Counted from the stretch's first letter, positions 19,659 to 29,947 are shown. The stretch is 64,000 bases of DNA from an uncultured archaeon (GCA_964353745.1 CAYGWD010000001.1:3440-67439); one strand, 5' to 3'. Program-made: numbers and translations. Notes: generated by a model not told the origin, from the sequence alone.

Positions 19659-20302
19659 TTTGTATCCTTTCCCCTTTTTAGTAATTTGTTTGCATTATAA
19701 ACTCCAGAAGCAAGCCAAGCTGGAATATGTTCGATAATACCTCCACCTACATTACGCCAAGCTAAGGTATTTTGTTGATAGCCTGTTAAAGCTTCATGAT
19801 TAACTTCTATTAAATCCTGTGAAAGTGGAAAATATTGCGCTGCATAATCTGCGGCATGATTTACTGGTGGTGCATAACTAAAAGGATTGATGTTACCAAA
19901 ATCAAACAGAGGTTTGCCTGTAAAATTCCCAGTATTAGCGACTCCTGTCGGCATTCCTGATGAAAAATCAAGTGGACGTTTAGAAATTTCTCTTTCAAAA
20001 TCAAATCTATAGTGTGCAGTTGTTAAACCCAAAGCTAAAGAAATTAGAGATGGTATTGCTATAGATAATATAGTTCCTTTATGCCTTCCTATCACACTAC
20101 TGCTGGTTGGATCATTAACGAACATATAACTAACTTTTTCTCCAATCTCATCTATTCGTTTATTTACTTTACCTAAAGTATCTTTTATTTTATAAATTGT
20201 AGATTGATTTGTCATTCCTAGCAAAGACTTTTCACCTTCTTCACTTAATCTGTAATAATCAGCTATTTCGTCTCTAGAACCATATTTTAGCATATTAATC
20301 AT
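19649..20302 (-). CDS. hypothetical protein (217 aa), first gene of the protease operon
   Basis: Overlaps the protease start by 10 nt. Central hydrophobic segment. G/N/F-rich region. Confidence 0.4.
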   Translation of the reverse strand: MINMLKYGSRDEIADYYRLSEEGEKSLLGMTNQSTIYKIKDTLGKVNKRIDEIGEKVSYMFVNDPTSSSVIGRHKGTILSIAIPSLISLALGLTTAHYRFDFEREISKRPLDFSSGMPTGVANTGNFTGKPLFDFGNINPFSYAPPVNHAADYAAQYFPLSQDLIEVNHEALTGYQQNTLAWRNVGGGIIEHIPAWLASGVYNANKLLKRGKDTKWK

Positions 20303-20411
20303 TATAACCTTATTTAAAAACTATGGATAAAAAACATTTAAAAGCAATATTATATTTAAATCTAACTACGACTATTGCATAATTTTTATTAAGAACTCAA
20401 GCCGAGTTAAA

Positions 20412-20888
20412 TCAGTAAATCTTGATGTTTTTCTCTTCTTTTTTCTTAATTTCCTTTTTCGGCATTACAACCTCTAGAACACCGTTTTCAAACTTTGTTT
20501 TTACTCCTTCAGTTTTAACTTCTTCTGGCAAATTCATAACTCTGCTGACAGAGTTAAAACCTTTTTCCATCCTGAAGAATGTTTTGTCCTTATCGATTGA
20601 TTGTCTCTTCTTCTCAGCAGATATGAAAACTGCTCTTGGTGTAATTTTTAGTTTTATTTCGTCTTTAGAAAAAATAGGAAGCTCTGCTCTCAACACCAAT
20701 TCTCCATCTGTTTCTCCTATTCTAACTGGTATGAATCTTGATTCAAAATCTGGAACTTTAATTAGCTTGTCTAAATTCAAAAAAGGTTTCCTAAAAACTT
20801 CTTGCATGTTTCCAAAGAAATCATCCTGCATTCCCCTAAAATCATCAAGAGGTTCTTCAAACCAAAGTAATGACCTTTTCTTAGCCAT
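20412..20888 (-). CDS. small heat-shock protein (Hsp20/alpha-crystallin)
   Basis: ACD pattern VRIGETDGELVLRAELPIFSKDEIKLKIT...ENGVLEVVMPKKE. Confidence 0.8.
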   Translation of the reverse strand: MAKKRSLLWFEEPLDDFRGMQDDFFGNMQEVFRKPFLNLDKLIKVPDFESRFIPVRIGETDGELVLRAELPIFSKDEIKLKITPRAVFISAEKKRQSIDKDKTFFRMEKGFNSVSRVMNLPEEVKTEGVKTKFENGVLEVVMPKKEIKKKEEKNIKIY

Positions 20889-20982
20889 AATTACACCTAG
20901 TTAGTATATGCGTACACCAGAAATATTTAAACTTATATGATGACAGGCTCTGTTAAGGAATAAGTTAGAATTTATAGAATTA

Positions 20983-23748
20983 TCATATATCTGTAAATTT
21001 CTCTTCTTCAACATTATTGGTCTTTCTTGCCAAGCTTTCCAAATAAGAGGTCTTCTTATGATTGTTAGTTTTCTTAGAAATTTTTCCTAGGTAATAGCTT
21101 ATCTTGGTTCTTTGCAAGAAAATGAAGACACAGGCGATTATTGCAACCACTATAACTATCACAGTGGTTAAAATGGATGTTTGAACTGGCGCTGTAACAG
21201 TTGTCTCTCCTCTATTCACGGTACAGCTCTGCGACTCGCTAGGCTTACCGGCTGTCGTGCCGCAGCTGTTAGCATCAGTGCATGTCCTAGTCTGTTGACT
21301 GTTTGCACAGGCAGACCAATCCCCGCATGTCCAAGACTCTGTGCATGCAGCAGGCGTTTCAGGGATTATGGGTGCGCCGCCTGTGGTTCCTATGACGAAC
21401 ACAGACAGGCCTGGTGAACTTACTTTGTAAAATACTTCTCTATCGTCTTCAGATACTTTAACTGCGCTCAAATCATTCCATTTATTGTTTGACCACCTGT
21501 AAAGAGTAATGTTAGAAGCGCTAATATTGTTATTCGTCAGCCATGTCTTGTTGACGGCAAAAGAAATATTAACTACTCTAATGTCAGAATCTGTAAAGTT
21601 TAGTTTATCCACGCTAATGTAATTATAGACCTTTCCGTCGATATCATAAGGAACTGATGATGGCAAATTTGCTAATTTCAAGGTCATTATCTTTATGTTT
21701 GCCACATTGTTTACAACTGTAATATTCAATCCTCTTATTGCCACGTCCTGATATCTTGCTATTTTTGCAATCAGCTTTCCGTCTGTCGTGAGATAGTTTG
21801 CTGTGATGTTTGCTTTACCGACTGCAAGGTTGATGTAAGTAACCATGCCTGTTGATGTAATGCCGCTAATTGAAGACCCGCTTGTGGTAGTTGTGGGTGT
21901 AGCCGCAGCAGTTACTACTATGACCACTGTATATATGCTTGAATTAGCAGACCAATTTTCTCCTGCTGTGGAATTTAACATATAGGTATAAGTACTCGCC
22001 GTTGACTGTGTATAAGCAGAAAAACTTGTGGTACCATTAGCGAGGCTAACAAAACTTGTATCTCTCCAAAAACTATAATTGACATCCGCATCACCACCAT
22101 TACTTTCTAATGGTGTTATGCTTGCAGTGTTTGGTAATGTAACATTAGAACCTGATATTGAACCTGTAGTTGCACCCTTGCTTATGTTCCACCATAGGAA
22201 AACAACAGAACTAGCTGAATAATTTTGATCAGCAATAACGGATGCGTTGAAATAATTATTATAAGCACCCCATTGCCTTATATCATTTGCTGTTGATGAA
22301 GCACTAACTAACGATGTTCCGTTTCTCCATATCGTAACGTTTGCTCCTGTTATGTTAGCTACAGCTGTGGCATTAATTGTAGAATTAGGATAGGTTGATG
22401 TTATGTTGTTTATGGTTCCATTTAAGTATAGTATTACCGAAGTTGCTGCTAGATTAATAGTAGCATTCAAATTAGTAGAAGAAGCTGAGTAGTTTTCACC
22501 AGTATCATAAACTGCAGTAAAGTTATGGAGTCCTCCTCCCCACAAATTTGTATTATTACAAGAAGTTGCTCCAGAACATATGCTTAAACTATTTCTATAA
22601 ATATTAATAGCTAATCCTGTTACATTTATAACTGCTGTGATATTGAGAGTAGAATTGGGATAAGTTGATGTCCAGTTTGCTTGTGTTCCATTTATAAATA
22701 GATTTATTGAAGTTGGTCCTTTAGACACATTAAACCATAGGAAAACGTTAACGCTGTCCGTATAATTATCATTACCAAGAACCCGGGCAGTGAAATTATT
22801 GTTAGAAGCATTCCATTGCGAGATGTTCCATGCAGTGCCAGTTGCATTACTTATTAAAGTTCCACTTCTCCACAATTGAACATAAAGTCCAGAAACATTA
22901 GAGACTGCCGTGACGTTTATCGTGGAATTGGGATAGGTTGATGTTATATTCGCTACTGTATCATTTAAATACAAAGTGGCCAAAGTCGCCGCTTGTGCTA
23001 TATAAATTATGACAGGACTTGATGCGTTCATATTGCCCCTTGTATCATTGGCATAGGATTTCCATTGCCATATTCCTGCAGGCAGAACTGCTGAATAATT
23101 ATAAATTCCTCCACCATAAGTGGGAGTCGTCGAAGCATTGGAGTTAGACCAGTTCCCTTCTATCAAAACTGTTGATATGTCCACATTGTCTGCCCAAGTG
23201 ATATTGAATCGAGACGGCGTTGATGAATAGATTAAAGGTGTAACATTTGATTGTCCAGACCATGTTGGATACGTAGTGTCATTAACTGTCACAGAAACAT
23301 TAGTAGAATTATAAACTCCAGCTGTATCTAAGGTTGAAACATTAAAATTATATGCAACGCTTGCATTCGAAGGTACAATTACATTTATAGAAAAGTATTG
23401 CGTGTCGCCTCCGCTGACAACAAAGCCTGTTTCTGTTGTATTAACCCAAGAGACTAGCTGGCCAGCACTTGAAAAAATCGTACCGCTTGCCGTTGTTGTA
23501 TTGCTAGCGGCTATAAAACCAAAACCGGCTGGCAGGGTTATATTAACTTGAGTTATATTCCCAGTTGCATTGATATTGACGATGGTAAAGTTTAGAATTT
23601 GATTGGTTGTGCTTGCATTTACATTAGTCGGGTTTACGTTAGAAGTAAAGGGTATGCTAAACACCGGCAAAACAAAAATCAAAATCAGTGCAATTGCTAA
23701 GAGTACTGCAAAAGATAATCCTATTTTAACAAACCCTTTCCTATTCAA
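20983..23748 (-). CDS. large membrane-anchored surface (S-layer-like) glycoprotein
   Basis: Signal/TM at N-terminus. Dozens of N-x-S/T sequons. Three tandem roughly 90-aa repeats (STYPNSTxNxTAV...WRxG). A Cys-rich module, then a C-terminal TM helix plus basic cytoplasmic tail. Confidence 0.65.
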   Translation of the reverse strand: MNRKGFVKIGLSFAVLLAIALILIFVLPVFSIPFTSNVNPTNVNASTTNQILNFTIVNINATGNITQVNITLPAGFGFIAASNTTTASGTIFSSAGQLVSWVNTTETGFVVSGGDTQYFSINVIVPSNASVAYNFNVSTLDTAGVYNSTNVSVTVNDTTYPTWSGQSNVTPLIYSSTPSRFNITWADNVDISTVLIEGNWSNSNASTTPTYGGGIYNYSAVLPAGIWQWKSYANDTRGNMNASSPVIIYIAQAATLATLYLNDTVANITSTYPNSTINVTAVSNVSGLYVQLWRSGTLISNATGTAWNISQWNASNNNFTARVLGNDNYTDSVNVFLWFNVSKGPTSINLFINGTQANWTSTYPNSTLNITAVINVTGLAINIYRNSLSICSGATSCNNTNLWGGGLHNFTAVYDTGENYSASSTNLNATINLAATSVILYLNGTINNITSTYPNSTINATAVANITGANVTIWRNGTSLVSASSTANDIRQWGAYNNYFNASVIADQNYSASSVVFLWWNISKGATTGSISGSNVTLPNTASITPLESNGGDADVNYSFWRDTSFVSLANGTTSFSAYTQSTASTYTYMLNSTAGENWSANSSIYTVVIVVTAAATPTTTTSGSSISGITSTGMVTYINLAVGKANITANYLTTDGKLIAKIARYQDVAIRGLNITVVNNVANIKIMTLKLANLPSSVPYDIDGKVYNYISVDKLNFTDSDIRVVNISFAVNKTWLTNNNISASNITLYRWSNNKWNDLSAVKVSEDDREVFYKVSSPGLSVFVIGTTGGAPIIPETPAACTESWTCGDWSACANSQQTRTCTDANSCGTTAGKPSESQSCTVNRGETTVTAPVQTSILTTVIVIVVAIIACVFIFLQRTKISYYLGKISKKTNNHKKTSYLESLARKTNNVEEEKFTDI

Positions 23749-23839
23749 GATAACACCTTTTTATGATAAAGATAATTAAAAAACCTGCATATAAAGGTTT
23801 CTTCTAAGCCGGCTTTGTGTAGATAGTAAAAATGAAGCT

Positions 23840-23900
23840 TGACTTTATACACAACCTAAGGACTTTTTACACAAAAGATACTTGTTACACAAAGCTTTCT
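23840..23900. promoter_or_regulatory. candidate operator: three direct TxACACAA repeats in the divergent intergenic region
   Basis: tttatACACAAcc, ttttACACAAaag and gttACACAAagc at about 20-nt spacing, between the surface-glycoprotein gene and the agl-type cluster. Confidence 0.3.
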
Positions 23901-23947
23901 AAGCCATGAAAAGAAGAGATTTATTCTAAGAAATGTTATTTAATTAA

Positions 23948-25108
23948 ATGGAAATACCTTTTTTCAAAGAGGACCTTATAAGAAAGGGGCTCTTAGTCTT
24001 CATAGCATCTTTATCCGGAGGCATAGTGGCTTTTTTTGCTAACCTGATTATTGCTAATATACTCCTCCCGACATCCACTTATTCATTTGGCATGTTCAAG
24101 ACCATCATCTACTTGTTCACTTTCCTGCCCAGCATAATAGATCTTGGAATAAGCACCAGCTTGACAAAGTATGTGGCCGAGTTCAAGGAATACGGCAAGA
24201 AAAAACACGTGATAAGGTGGTTTTTGAAAATTAAGTTTGTAACTTATGTTTTTTTGATTTTGGCAATTTTCTTGTTTAAGGATTATATAGCCTTTTACTT
24301 TACAAAGGACGTTTCCAATAACTATCTTGTCATTGCTGGCACCTTTTTGGCAATTTCTTCATTTTTCACAACTTTCAATGCTATTGTGCTCGGACTGAAA
24401 AACTTCAAGCTCTTTAGCCTTTCCCTGTTCCTTGGTTCCACTTTACCTGCTGTTTTTGCTGTATTGTTAAGCTCTTTTGGAATCTTCTATATGACTTTAG
24501 GTTGGGGGATTGGGTTTATAGCGAGCAGTATGCCTAACATTTTATACCTATTTAGAAAAAGAATATTCAGTGGTTATAGAAAAGTTGATGTTAAGAAGCT
24601 GTTCTTTAGATTTAGTCTGCCTATATTTCCTATAGAACTAACTGGAGCTTTGTTCGGCTCAATAGTGCCTCTTCTGAGTTTGTTCTTCTCCCAGAAACTC
24701 ATAAGCTATTACTCCTTTGCATTTATGTTTTATTGGGCAGCCCAGTTGGTTCCAAGCTCTTTGTCATCGGTCATGTTTCCAACAATATCTGGATTGAGCG
24801 GTTTGGGGAGGCATGAAAACGCGAAGAGCATCCTAAGAAAGACCTTTCTCTATTACGGTTTGTTCGCGGTGATAGGTTTTATCTTCGTATTATTATTTTC
24901 AGACTGGTTCATAAGTGTTGTGTCAGCGAACTACTTGCCTAGTTTGTATATGTTCAAGATAATTGTCTCTTTGAGCTTCTTGTTCGGCTTTAATATTATT
25001 TATGCAAGCTACCTAAAGGGTCTTGGAAAGGTCAAGAAGTATGCCTTGTTTGTGCTAACCCAGAACATTATATTGCTATTGATAAGCTTCTTTATACTGA
25101 GTATCTGA
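23948..25108 (+). CDS. polytopic membrane protein, Wzx/AglR-like (MOP superfamily) flippase candidate
   Basis: 386 aa with about 10 hydrophobic helices. LTKYVAEF-type segment. Located immediately upstream of aglB. Confidence 0.45.
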   Translation: MEIPFFKEDLIRKGLLVFIASLSGGIVAFFANLIIANILLPTSTYSFGMFKTIIYLFTFLPSIIDLGISTSLTKYVAEFKEYGKKKHVIRWFLKIKFVTYVFLILAIFLFKDYIAFYFTKDVSNNYLVIAGTFLAISSFFTTFNAIVLGLKNFKLFSLSLFLGSTLPAVFAVLLSSFGIFYMTLGWGIGFIASSMPNILYLFRKRIFSGYRKVDVKKLFFRFSLPIFPIELTGALFGSIVPLLSLFFSQKLISYYSFAFMFYWAAQLVPSSLSSVMFPTISGLSGLGRHENAKSILRKTFLYYGLFAVIGFIFVLLFSDWFISVVSANYLPSLYMFKIIVSLSFLFGFNIIYASYLKGLGKVKKYALFVLTQNIILLLISFFILSI

Positions 25109-25163
25109 GAAAATTATATCTTTTTATATTTGCCACTCCAAATTTTGTTATCAAAGTGGTTTA

Positions 25164-27254
25164 ATGGATTTTAGACTGAAAAAATACTGGTATGTTTTTG
25201 TATTGCTGCTTATAGTGTTATTCTCTTATTATATAAGGTCACTGAATATAATCCCAGATAGGCTGCTTTCATTTGACCCCATTTTCCAATATAGGTTCAC
25301 AAAATATCTGGCTGATTGGGGCCATATGCCAGTTTGGGACGAGCTGACATACTATGTTGGCAGGCTGGCCGACTTCTCTGAGACACAACCCTTTATGTAC
25401 TATGTGACTGCCTTGGTTTACTGGATTTTCGCACCATTGTGGAATTTGAGTTTAATGACTGTGGCATCTTATATGTCTGCCATTTATGGAGCTCTGATAG
25501 TCATCCCATCATTCTTGCTCGGAAAGGAACTCTCAAACAAATATGGCGGATTGATGGCAGCTGTTTTGATGGGGACCGCGCCACAGATATTGACAAGAAC
25601 TTTCGGAAGCTCATATGATACTGACCAGGTTGTAATGTTTTTTCTAATTCTAACCCTATATTCAGGTTTTATATTATTGAGAAGGAGAACTATACCTAAT
25701 TTTTGCCTGGCTTTGATAAGTTTTTCAGGATTCATGCTCACTTGGAAGTTCTTCCCATACGCTTACATGATACTTGGCGCCTCGGTTGTAATCTATTTCC
25801 TAATAAACATACTTTTTGAAATAAGAGCGAAGAAAAAGTTTTCTGAAAAGGTTAAAAACAGTTTTAATAACATCAAGCCACAGATAATTGCTCTGATTGT
25901 TTTGCTTGTTGGAATTTTTATAGTAGGCGTACTAAGCAACACCAATGTAATCGTTAGTTTCTATGACTTGTTAGGCTTTGCACAAAGCGCAGAGAAATGG
26001 ATAGTGAACATTTCTATTGCAGAACTACAGCCATTCAGTATTTTCAACTTGGAAGGTTGGATCACCGCAATGGGAAGATTCATCTCAGGAGACATAATCA
26101 TAGACATGCTGGTATTTCTGCTTTTCGTGATATTCCTTGCCTTTGGAATTTTTACTAACATGAAAAAAAAGGATGCGATAGTAAGCTCCTTCCTAATCAC
26201 GCTATTCTTGATAGCTATATACACATCATTCAGAGGTATACGTTTTACAGAGTACACCGCATCCTTCTTTATAATACTGGTTTCAGTAGGTTTTGGAAGC
26301 CTTGTAGAATTCGGTAAAAAAGATGTCTTATACAAAAGTATCTTCTTAGGCTTTGGTATTCTGATAATTCTTTTTGCTCTAAACATCAGTTTTCAGCTTG
26401 GAAAGAGTCTAGGGCCTGATGTGAACTCCAACTGGGACAATGCATGGACCTTCCTCAACACCAAAACTCCAGAACTTTCCATTGTGGGCACTTGGTGGGA
26501 CCCTGGTCACATGATAACAGGCCTGGCCGAGAGGAGAGTTTTTGCAGATGGAGCCCACTGTGAAGAAGGCAACGACAATCAAAACGCATGCCTCTATACG
26601 ATTAATGATAGGATAGCAGACTTGGGAAAGATAATGGTGACTTCAGATGAGAACGAGTCCTTAAGTCTGATAAGAAAATATCAGGGCGATTCACCAAAGG
26701 TTTATTGGATTGCTTCTGACGACTTGATAGGAAAATTCCAATGGTTGCAGTACTTTGGAACAGGATGCGATGCTAGAACAGATCAGAATTGCCCGCTGTA
26801 CATGCAAATACCTGAAAACTCACAAGGCAGGTTGGCTGATAACAACGGTAACCTGGTTTTCAGAAGCTACCCACTAGGGCAACAGACACAAATCCTAATT
26901 TATAACAGCCAAGTACCTATACCCATCTACATACAAGGAATAAACGCTGTATTGTTCGATGAATTCATTGTTTATAATAACACGCAACCTATCGCCATAA
27001 GGTTCAACGAAACTGAAAAAAATGCTCTTGTAACCAGTCTCAAACCTTTAGAAAGTCAATTGAATGTCAGGTTTTCCAATCAAACAATACCAATGACTGT
27101 TTGGATACCGAACTTCTATGATTATATTGTGGTGATACCGCCTACTCTCAGAAATTCTGTGTTCACCAAGATGTTCATGCTGGAGGGCCAAGGATTAGAT
27201 CATTTCAAAGAAGTGTTTAGGAATGAGCAAGTTAAAATATACGAAGTGGTATGA
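25164..27254 (+). CDS. aglB: archaeal oligosaccharyltransferase AglB/STT3
   Basis: About 13 N-terminal TM helices then a soluble domain. WWDPGHMITG in the place of the canonical WWDYG catalytic motif. Confidence 0.7.
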   Translation: MDFRLKKYWYVFVLLLIVLFSYYIRSLNIIPDRLLSFDPIFQYRFTKYLADWGHMPVWDELTYYVGRLADFSETQPFMYYVTALVYWIFAPLWNLSLMTVASYMSAIYGALIVIPSFLLGKELSNKYGGLMAAVLMGTAPQILTRTFGSSYDTDQVVMFFLILTLYSGFILLRRRTIPNFCLALISFSGFMLTWKFFPYAYMILGASVVIYFLINILFEIRAKKKFSEKVKNSFNNIKPQIIALIVLLVGIFIVGVLSNTNVIVSFYDLLGFAQSAEKWIVNISIAELQPFSIFNLEGWITAMGRFISGDIIIDMLVFLLFVIFLAFGIFTNMKKKDAIVSSFLITLFLIAIYTSFRGIRFTEYTASFFIILVSVGFGSLVEFGKKDVLYKSIFLGFGILIILFALNISFQLGKSLGPDVNSNWDNAWTFLNTKTPELSIVGTWWDPGHMITGLAERRVFADGAHCEEGNDNQNACLYTINDRIADLGKIMVTSDENESLSLIRKYQGDSPKVYWIASDDLIGKFQWLQYFGTGCDARTDQNCPLYMQIPENSQGRLADNNGNLVFRSYPLGQQTQILIYNSQVPIPIYIQGINAVLFDEFIVYNNTQPIAIRFNETEKNALVTSLKPLESQLNVRFSNQTIPMTVWIPNFYDYIVVIPPTLRNSVFTKMFMLEGQGLDHFKEVFRNEQVKIYEVV

Positions 27255-27282
27255 GCTTCTTATTTTGTAATGATGATGAACT

Positions 27283-27939
27283 ATGAAATGCAATATTATA
27301 GCAGTTATACCAGCTTATAACGAAGGTAAGAAAATAGCGAATGTTGTCAAGGGTGCTAGAAAGTATGTTGACAAAACAATTGTTATCGATGATCATTCTT
27401 CAGACAATACTTATGAAATTGCTCGTAAGTGTGGCGCAGAAGTCATAAGGCTGGAAAAAAATAATGGAGTTGGATTCGCAACAAGAGTTGGCATAAAGAG
27501 AGCTCTATCATTAAAACCTAAGATTGTAATATTCCTTGATGGCGACGGCCAGCACGACCCAAAATACATTCCCTATTTCTTAAAGGCCATAGAGAATGGA
27601 GCTAACTATGTTTATGGTTATAGGGATTTGTCAAATTATCCGATGAGCAGAAGGTTGGGAAACTTTGGGCTCACAACCCTGATAAATCTAATATGCCGCA
27701 AAAACATAGCAGACGCAGAATGCGGCTACAGGGCCATTGATGCAGAATCTCTTAAGAAGCTGAATCTAAGGGCTAAAAGATATGAAAGAGAAATGGATTT
27801 TATTTATGAAGTCTGGAAAAACAAGTTAAAGGTCGACCATGTGAACATTATAGTTTCTACATATTATCCGAAGTATGCGGTGGTTAGGGGTTTTATGAAC
27901 TTCTTTTTCTTCATAAAGAGAAGAATAGGCAATTCATAA
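27283..27939 (+). CDS. GT2 glycosyltransferase, dolichyl-phosphate hexose synthase-like
   Basis: IAVIPAYNEG, IDDHSSDNT and FLDGDGQHDP. 218 aa, soluble DPM1/GtrB-like. Confidence 0.7.
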   Translation: MKCNIIAVIPAYNEGKKIANVVKGARKYVDKTIVIDDHSSDNTYEIARKCGAEVIRLEKNNGVGFATRVGIKRALSLKPKIVIFLDGDGQHDPKYIPYFLKAIENGANYVYGYRDLSNYPMSRRLGNFGLTTLINLICRKNIADAECGYRAIDAESLKKLNLRAKRYEREMDFIYEVWKNKLKVDHVNIIVSTYYPKYAVVRGFMNFFFFIKRRIGNS

Positions 27940-28908
27940 TTTTACAAGCCCGTAAAAGAAACCAACAAAACAAACTATTGTTCTAATAAACAAAATTATA
28001 AATGCGTAAAAGAACTGAAGTTTTTCTGTTTTAAACAGGAATCTAAAAAATTTATAATAGACAAAGTAGAACAAGATTAGACTTGCTATAGAAACATAAA
28101 GTAAATTTGAGTTAAACATGCTTAACAGTAGGGTAAGCAGAAAAATCGACATGAAGAAAGATGCCATAGGTATCTCTTTACCAGTATAGCTCTCTCCCAA
28201 GATTTTTTTCGGAAACTTTTTGTACATCAAGATTCTCCAGTAAGCTCTCCAATACTGGCTTCTAAGATATTTTTTCAGGGAATCTGGATGAGGATGCCAA
28301 ACAAACATTTTTTTATCAAGTATCAGCTTGTATTGTCTGGATATTCTAAATGATAGTTCAGGATCTTCACCAGAAGCTGTTAAGAACTTTTCATCAAAAC
28401 CACCAAACTTCAGAAATATATCTCTCTTGTAAGCACAACAATAAGTCCCTAGAAAGTCCGTGAACCTTTTCTCCTTTTCATGCCTGAATCCTATCTCATA
28501 GCCAACATACCTTGCTATCAAGCTTTCCTTATTCAATGTTCTGTAAGTTCCTCCTACGCCTGCGATATCATATTTCTTAAAATCATCTGAAACTCTCTTT
28601 AGCAAGTCTTTTGAAACAATGCAATCAGAGTCCGTGAAAAGAATTATATCTCCTCTCGCAGCCTTGGCACCAAAGTTTCTCTGTGTGGCTGGTCCCGCAT
28701 GTTTTCTGGCAAAGACTCTTACATTCTTAGTCTGTTTTAATATCTTTACCGTATTGTCCTTAGAGCCGTCGTCCACAACGATGACTTCAAATTGATTTTT
28801 AGGAAAAGCAGAGTTCAAGACAGATCTTAGAGTTTCTGCTACTGTTTTTTCTGCGTTGTACGCCGGTATAATAACAGAAATTTGCATAATTATGATTATC
28901 AAGAGCAA
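27934..28908 (-). CDS. GT2 glycosyltransferase with C-terminal TM helices
   Basis: ISVIIPAYNAEKT, VVDDGSKDNT and FTDSDC. Confidence 0.7.
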   Translation of the reverse strand: MLLIIIIMQISVIIPAYNAEKTVAETLRSVLNSAFPKNQFEVIVVDDGSKDNTVKILKQTKNVRVFARKHAGPATQRNFGAKAARGDIILFTDSDCIVSKDLLKRVSDDFKKYDIAGVGGTYRTLNKESLIARYVGYEIGFRHEKEKRFTDFLGTYCCAYKRDIFLKFGGFDEKFLTASGEDPELSFRISRQYKLILDKKMFVWHPHPDSLKKYLRSQYWRAYWRILMYKKFPKKILGESYTGKEIPMASFFMSIFLLTLLLSMFNSNLLYVSIASLILFYFVYYKFFRFLFKTEKLQFFYAFIILFIRTIVCFVGFFYGLVKL

Positions 28909-28918
28909 GATAAATAAA

Positions 28919-29947
28919 TTATGAACCCATGAAATTGTTCAAGTCATCTTTAAATTTGGCTATGATAACATCCCAGTCAAAATTCTTTCTGACGAACTCT
29001 CTTCCTCTTCTTGCCTTTTCCTTGTCAGGATTTTTCAATGCCTTTAATATCTGTTTCTTGAAAATTCCATTATCCTCTGTTGGAAAACTGTACACATAGT
29101 CTGAAAACAGGGAAATATCACCGATTGTATTGCAGATAGTTGGTATGCCTGCTGCCAAGTATTCTCTCACTTTGATAGACGATCTATATTGATTGGCAAA
29201 ATTATCCCTCAGATAGTTTACCGCAACACTAGCCTCTGATATAATTTGTGGTATGCTTTCATGCTCAACATAACCGAGAAACTCCACAGCGTTGGATATT
29301 CCCATTTCTTCAGTCAAATTTTTGAAGTATTTTAAATAAGGACCGCTACCTATAATCTGCAATTTAACATTTTTTTCTTCCTTTAGAACTTCCTTAAAGA
29401 CCTTAAAGATGACGTCCACATCCCAAGCAGCTGGGCCCAGGTATGCCGCATAAACTATCTTTTTTTGCTTTGAAGGTTTCCACTTTATGTTCTTAAACAA
29501 TGAAAAGTCTATGCCCTGAGGAAGAAATATTATCTTTTTCTCCGGTATTCTTAGATTTTTAATTATGTAACTTTTTAGATTGGGAGTGTGCGTCGTAACG
29601 ACGTTAAAAAACAAAGGGAAAATCTTGTCGTTGAGAATCATTAGGTATTTCATCAAGATTCTTAAATAGCCCTTACCCCTGTCCCAGTAACCCCATTCAA
29701 GGTCGTCTATGTCTAAAATCAGAAAATCATTTTTGAAGAATTTTCTAAACAAAGAAGGTATGCATGAACCCCATAGAGTCTTCGATGCAAAAACAACATC
29801 AGCATGAGAGAAAAACTTCTGCCTTTTCGTTTCTGCAATCTCAACCTTATAGCCTAGTTTTCTTAGAGATTTGGCTATCCCCAATAACCTCAAACCTGTC
29901 CCAGACTTGATGCTAACAGAAGGTATTATTAAAATTTTCATATCCAA
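28919..29947 (-). CDS. GT4-type (GT-B) glycosyltransferase
   Basis: C-terminal EYLAAGIPTICNTIGD block typical of GT4/GT1. Confidence 0.6.
   Translation of the reverse strand: MDMKILIIPSVSIKSGTGLRLLGIAKSLRKLGYKVEIAETKRQKFFSHADVVFASKTLWGSCIPSLFRKFFKNDFLILDIDDLEWGYWDRGKGYLRILMKYLMILNDKIFPLFFNVVTTHTPNLKSYIIKNLRIPEKKIIFLPQGIDFSLFKNIKWKPSKQKKIVYAAYLGPAAWDVDVIFKVFKEVLKEEKNVKLQIIGSGPYLKYFKNLTEEMGISNAVEFLGYVEHESIPQIISEASVAVNYLRDNFANQYRSSIKVREYLAAGIPTICNTIGDISLFSDYVYSFPTEDNGIFKKQILKALKNPDKEKARRGREFVRKNFDWDVIIAKFKDDLNNFMGS

Noticed and set aside
21181-21417. GC-richer patch with a plus-strand Cys/Arg-rich 78-aa ORF
   Set aside because: It is the antisense of the Cys-rich module of the surface glycoprotein. 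The local GC rise is explained by the Cys/Gly/Thr/Ala codons of that module.
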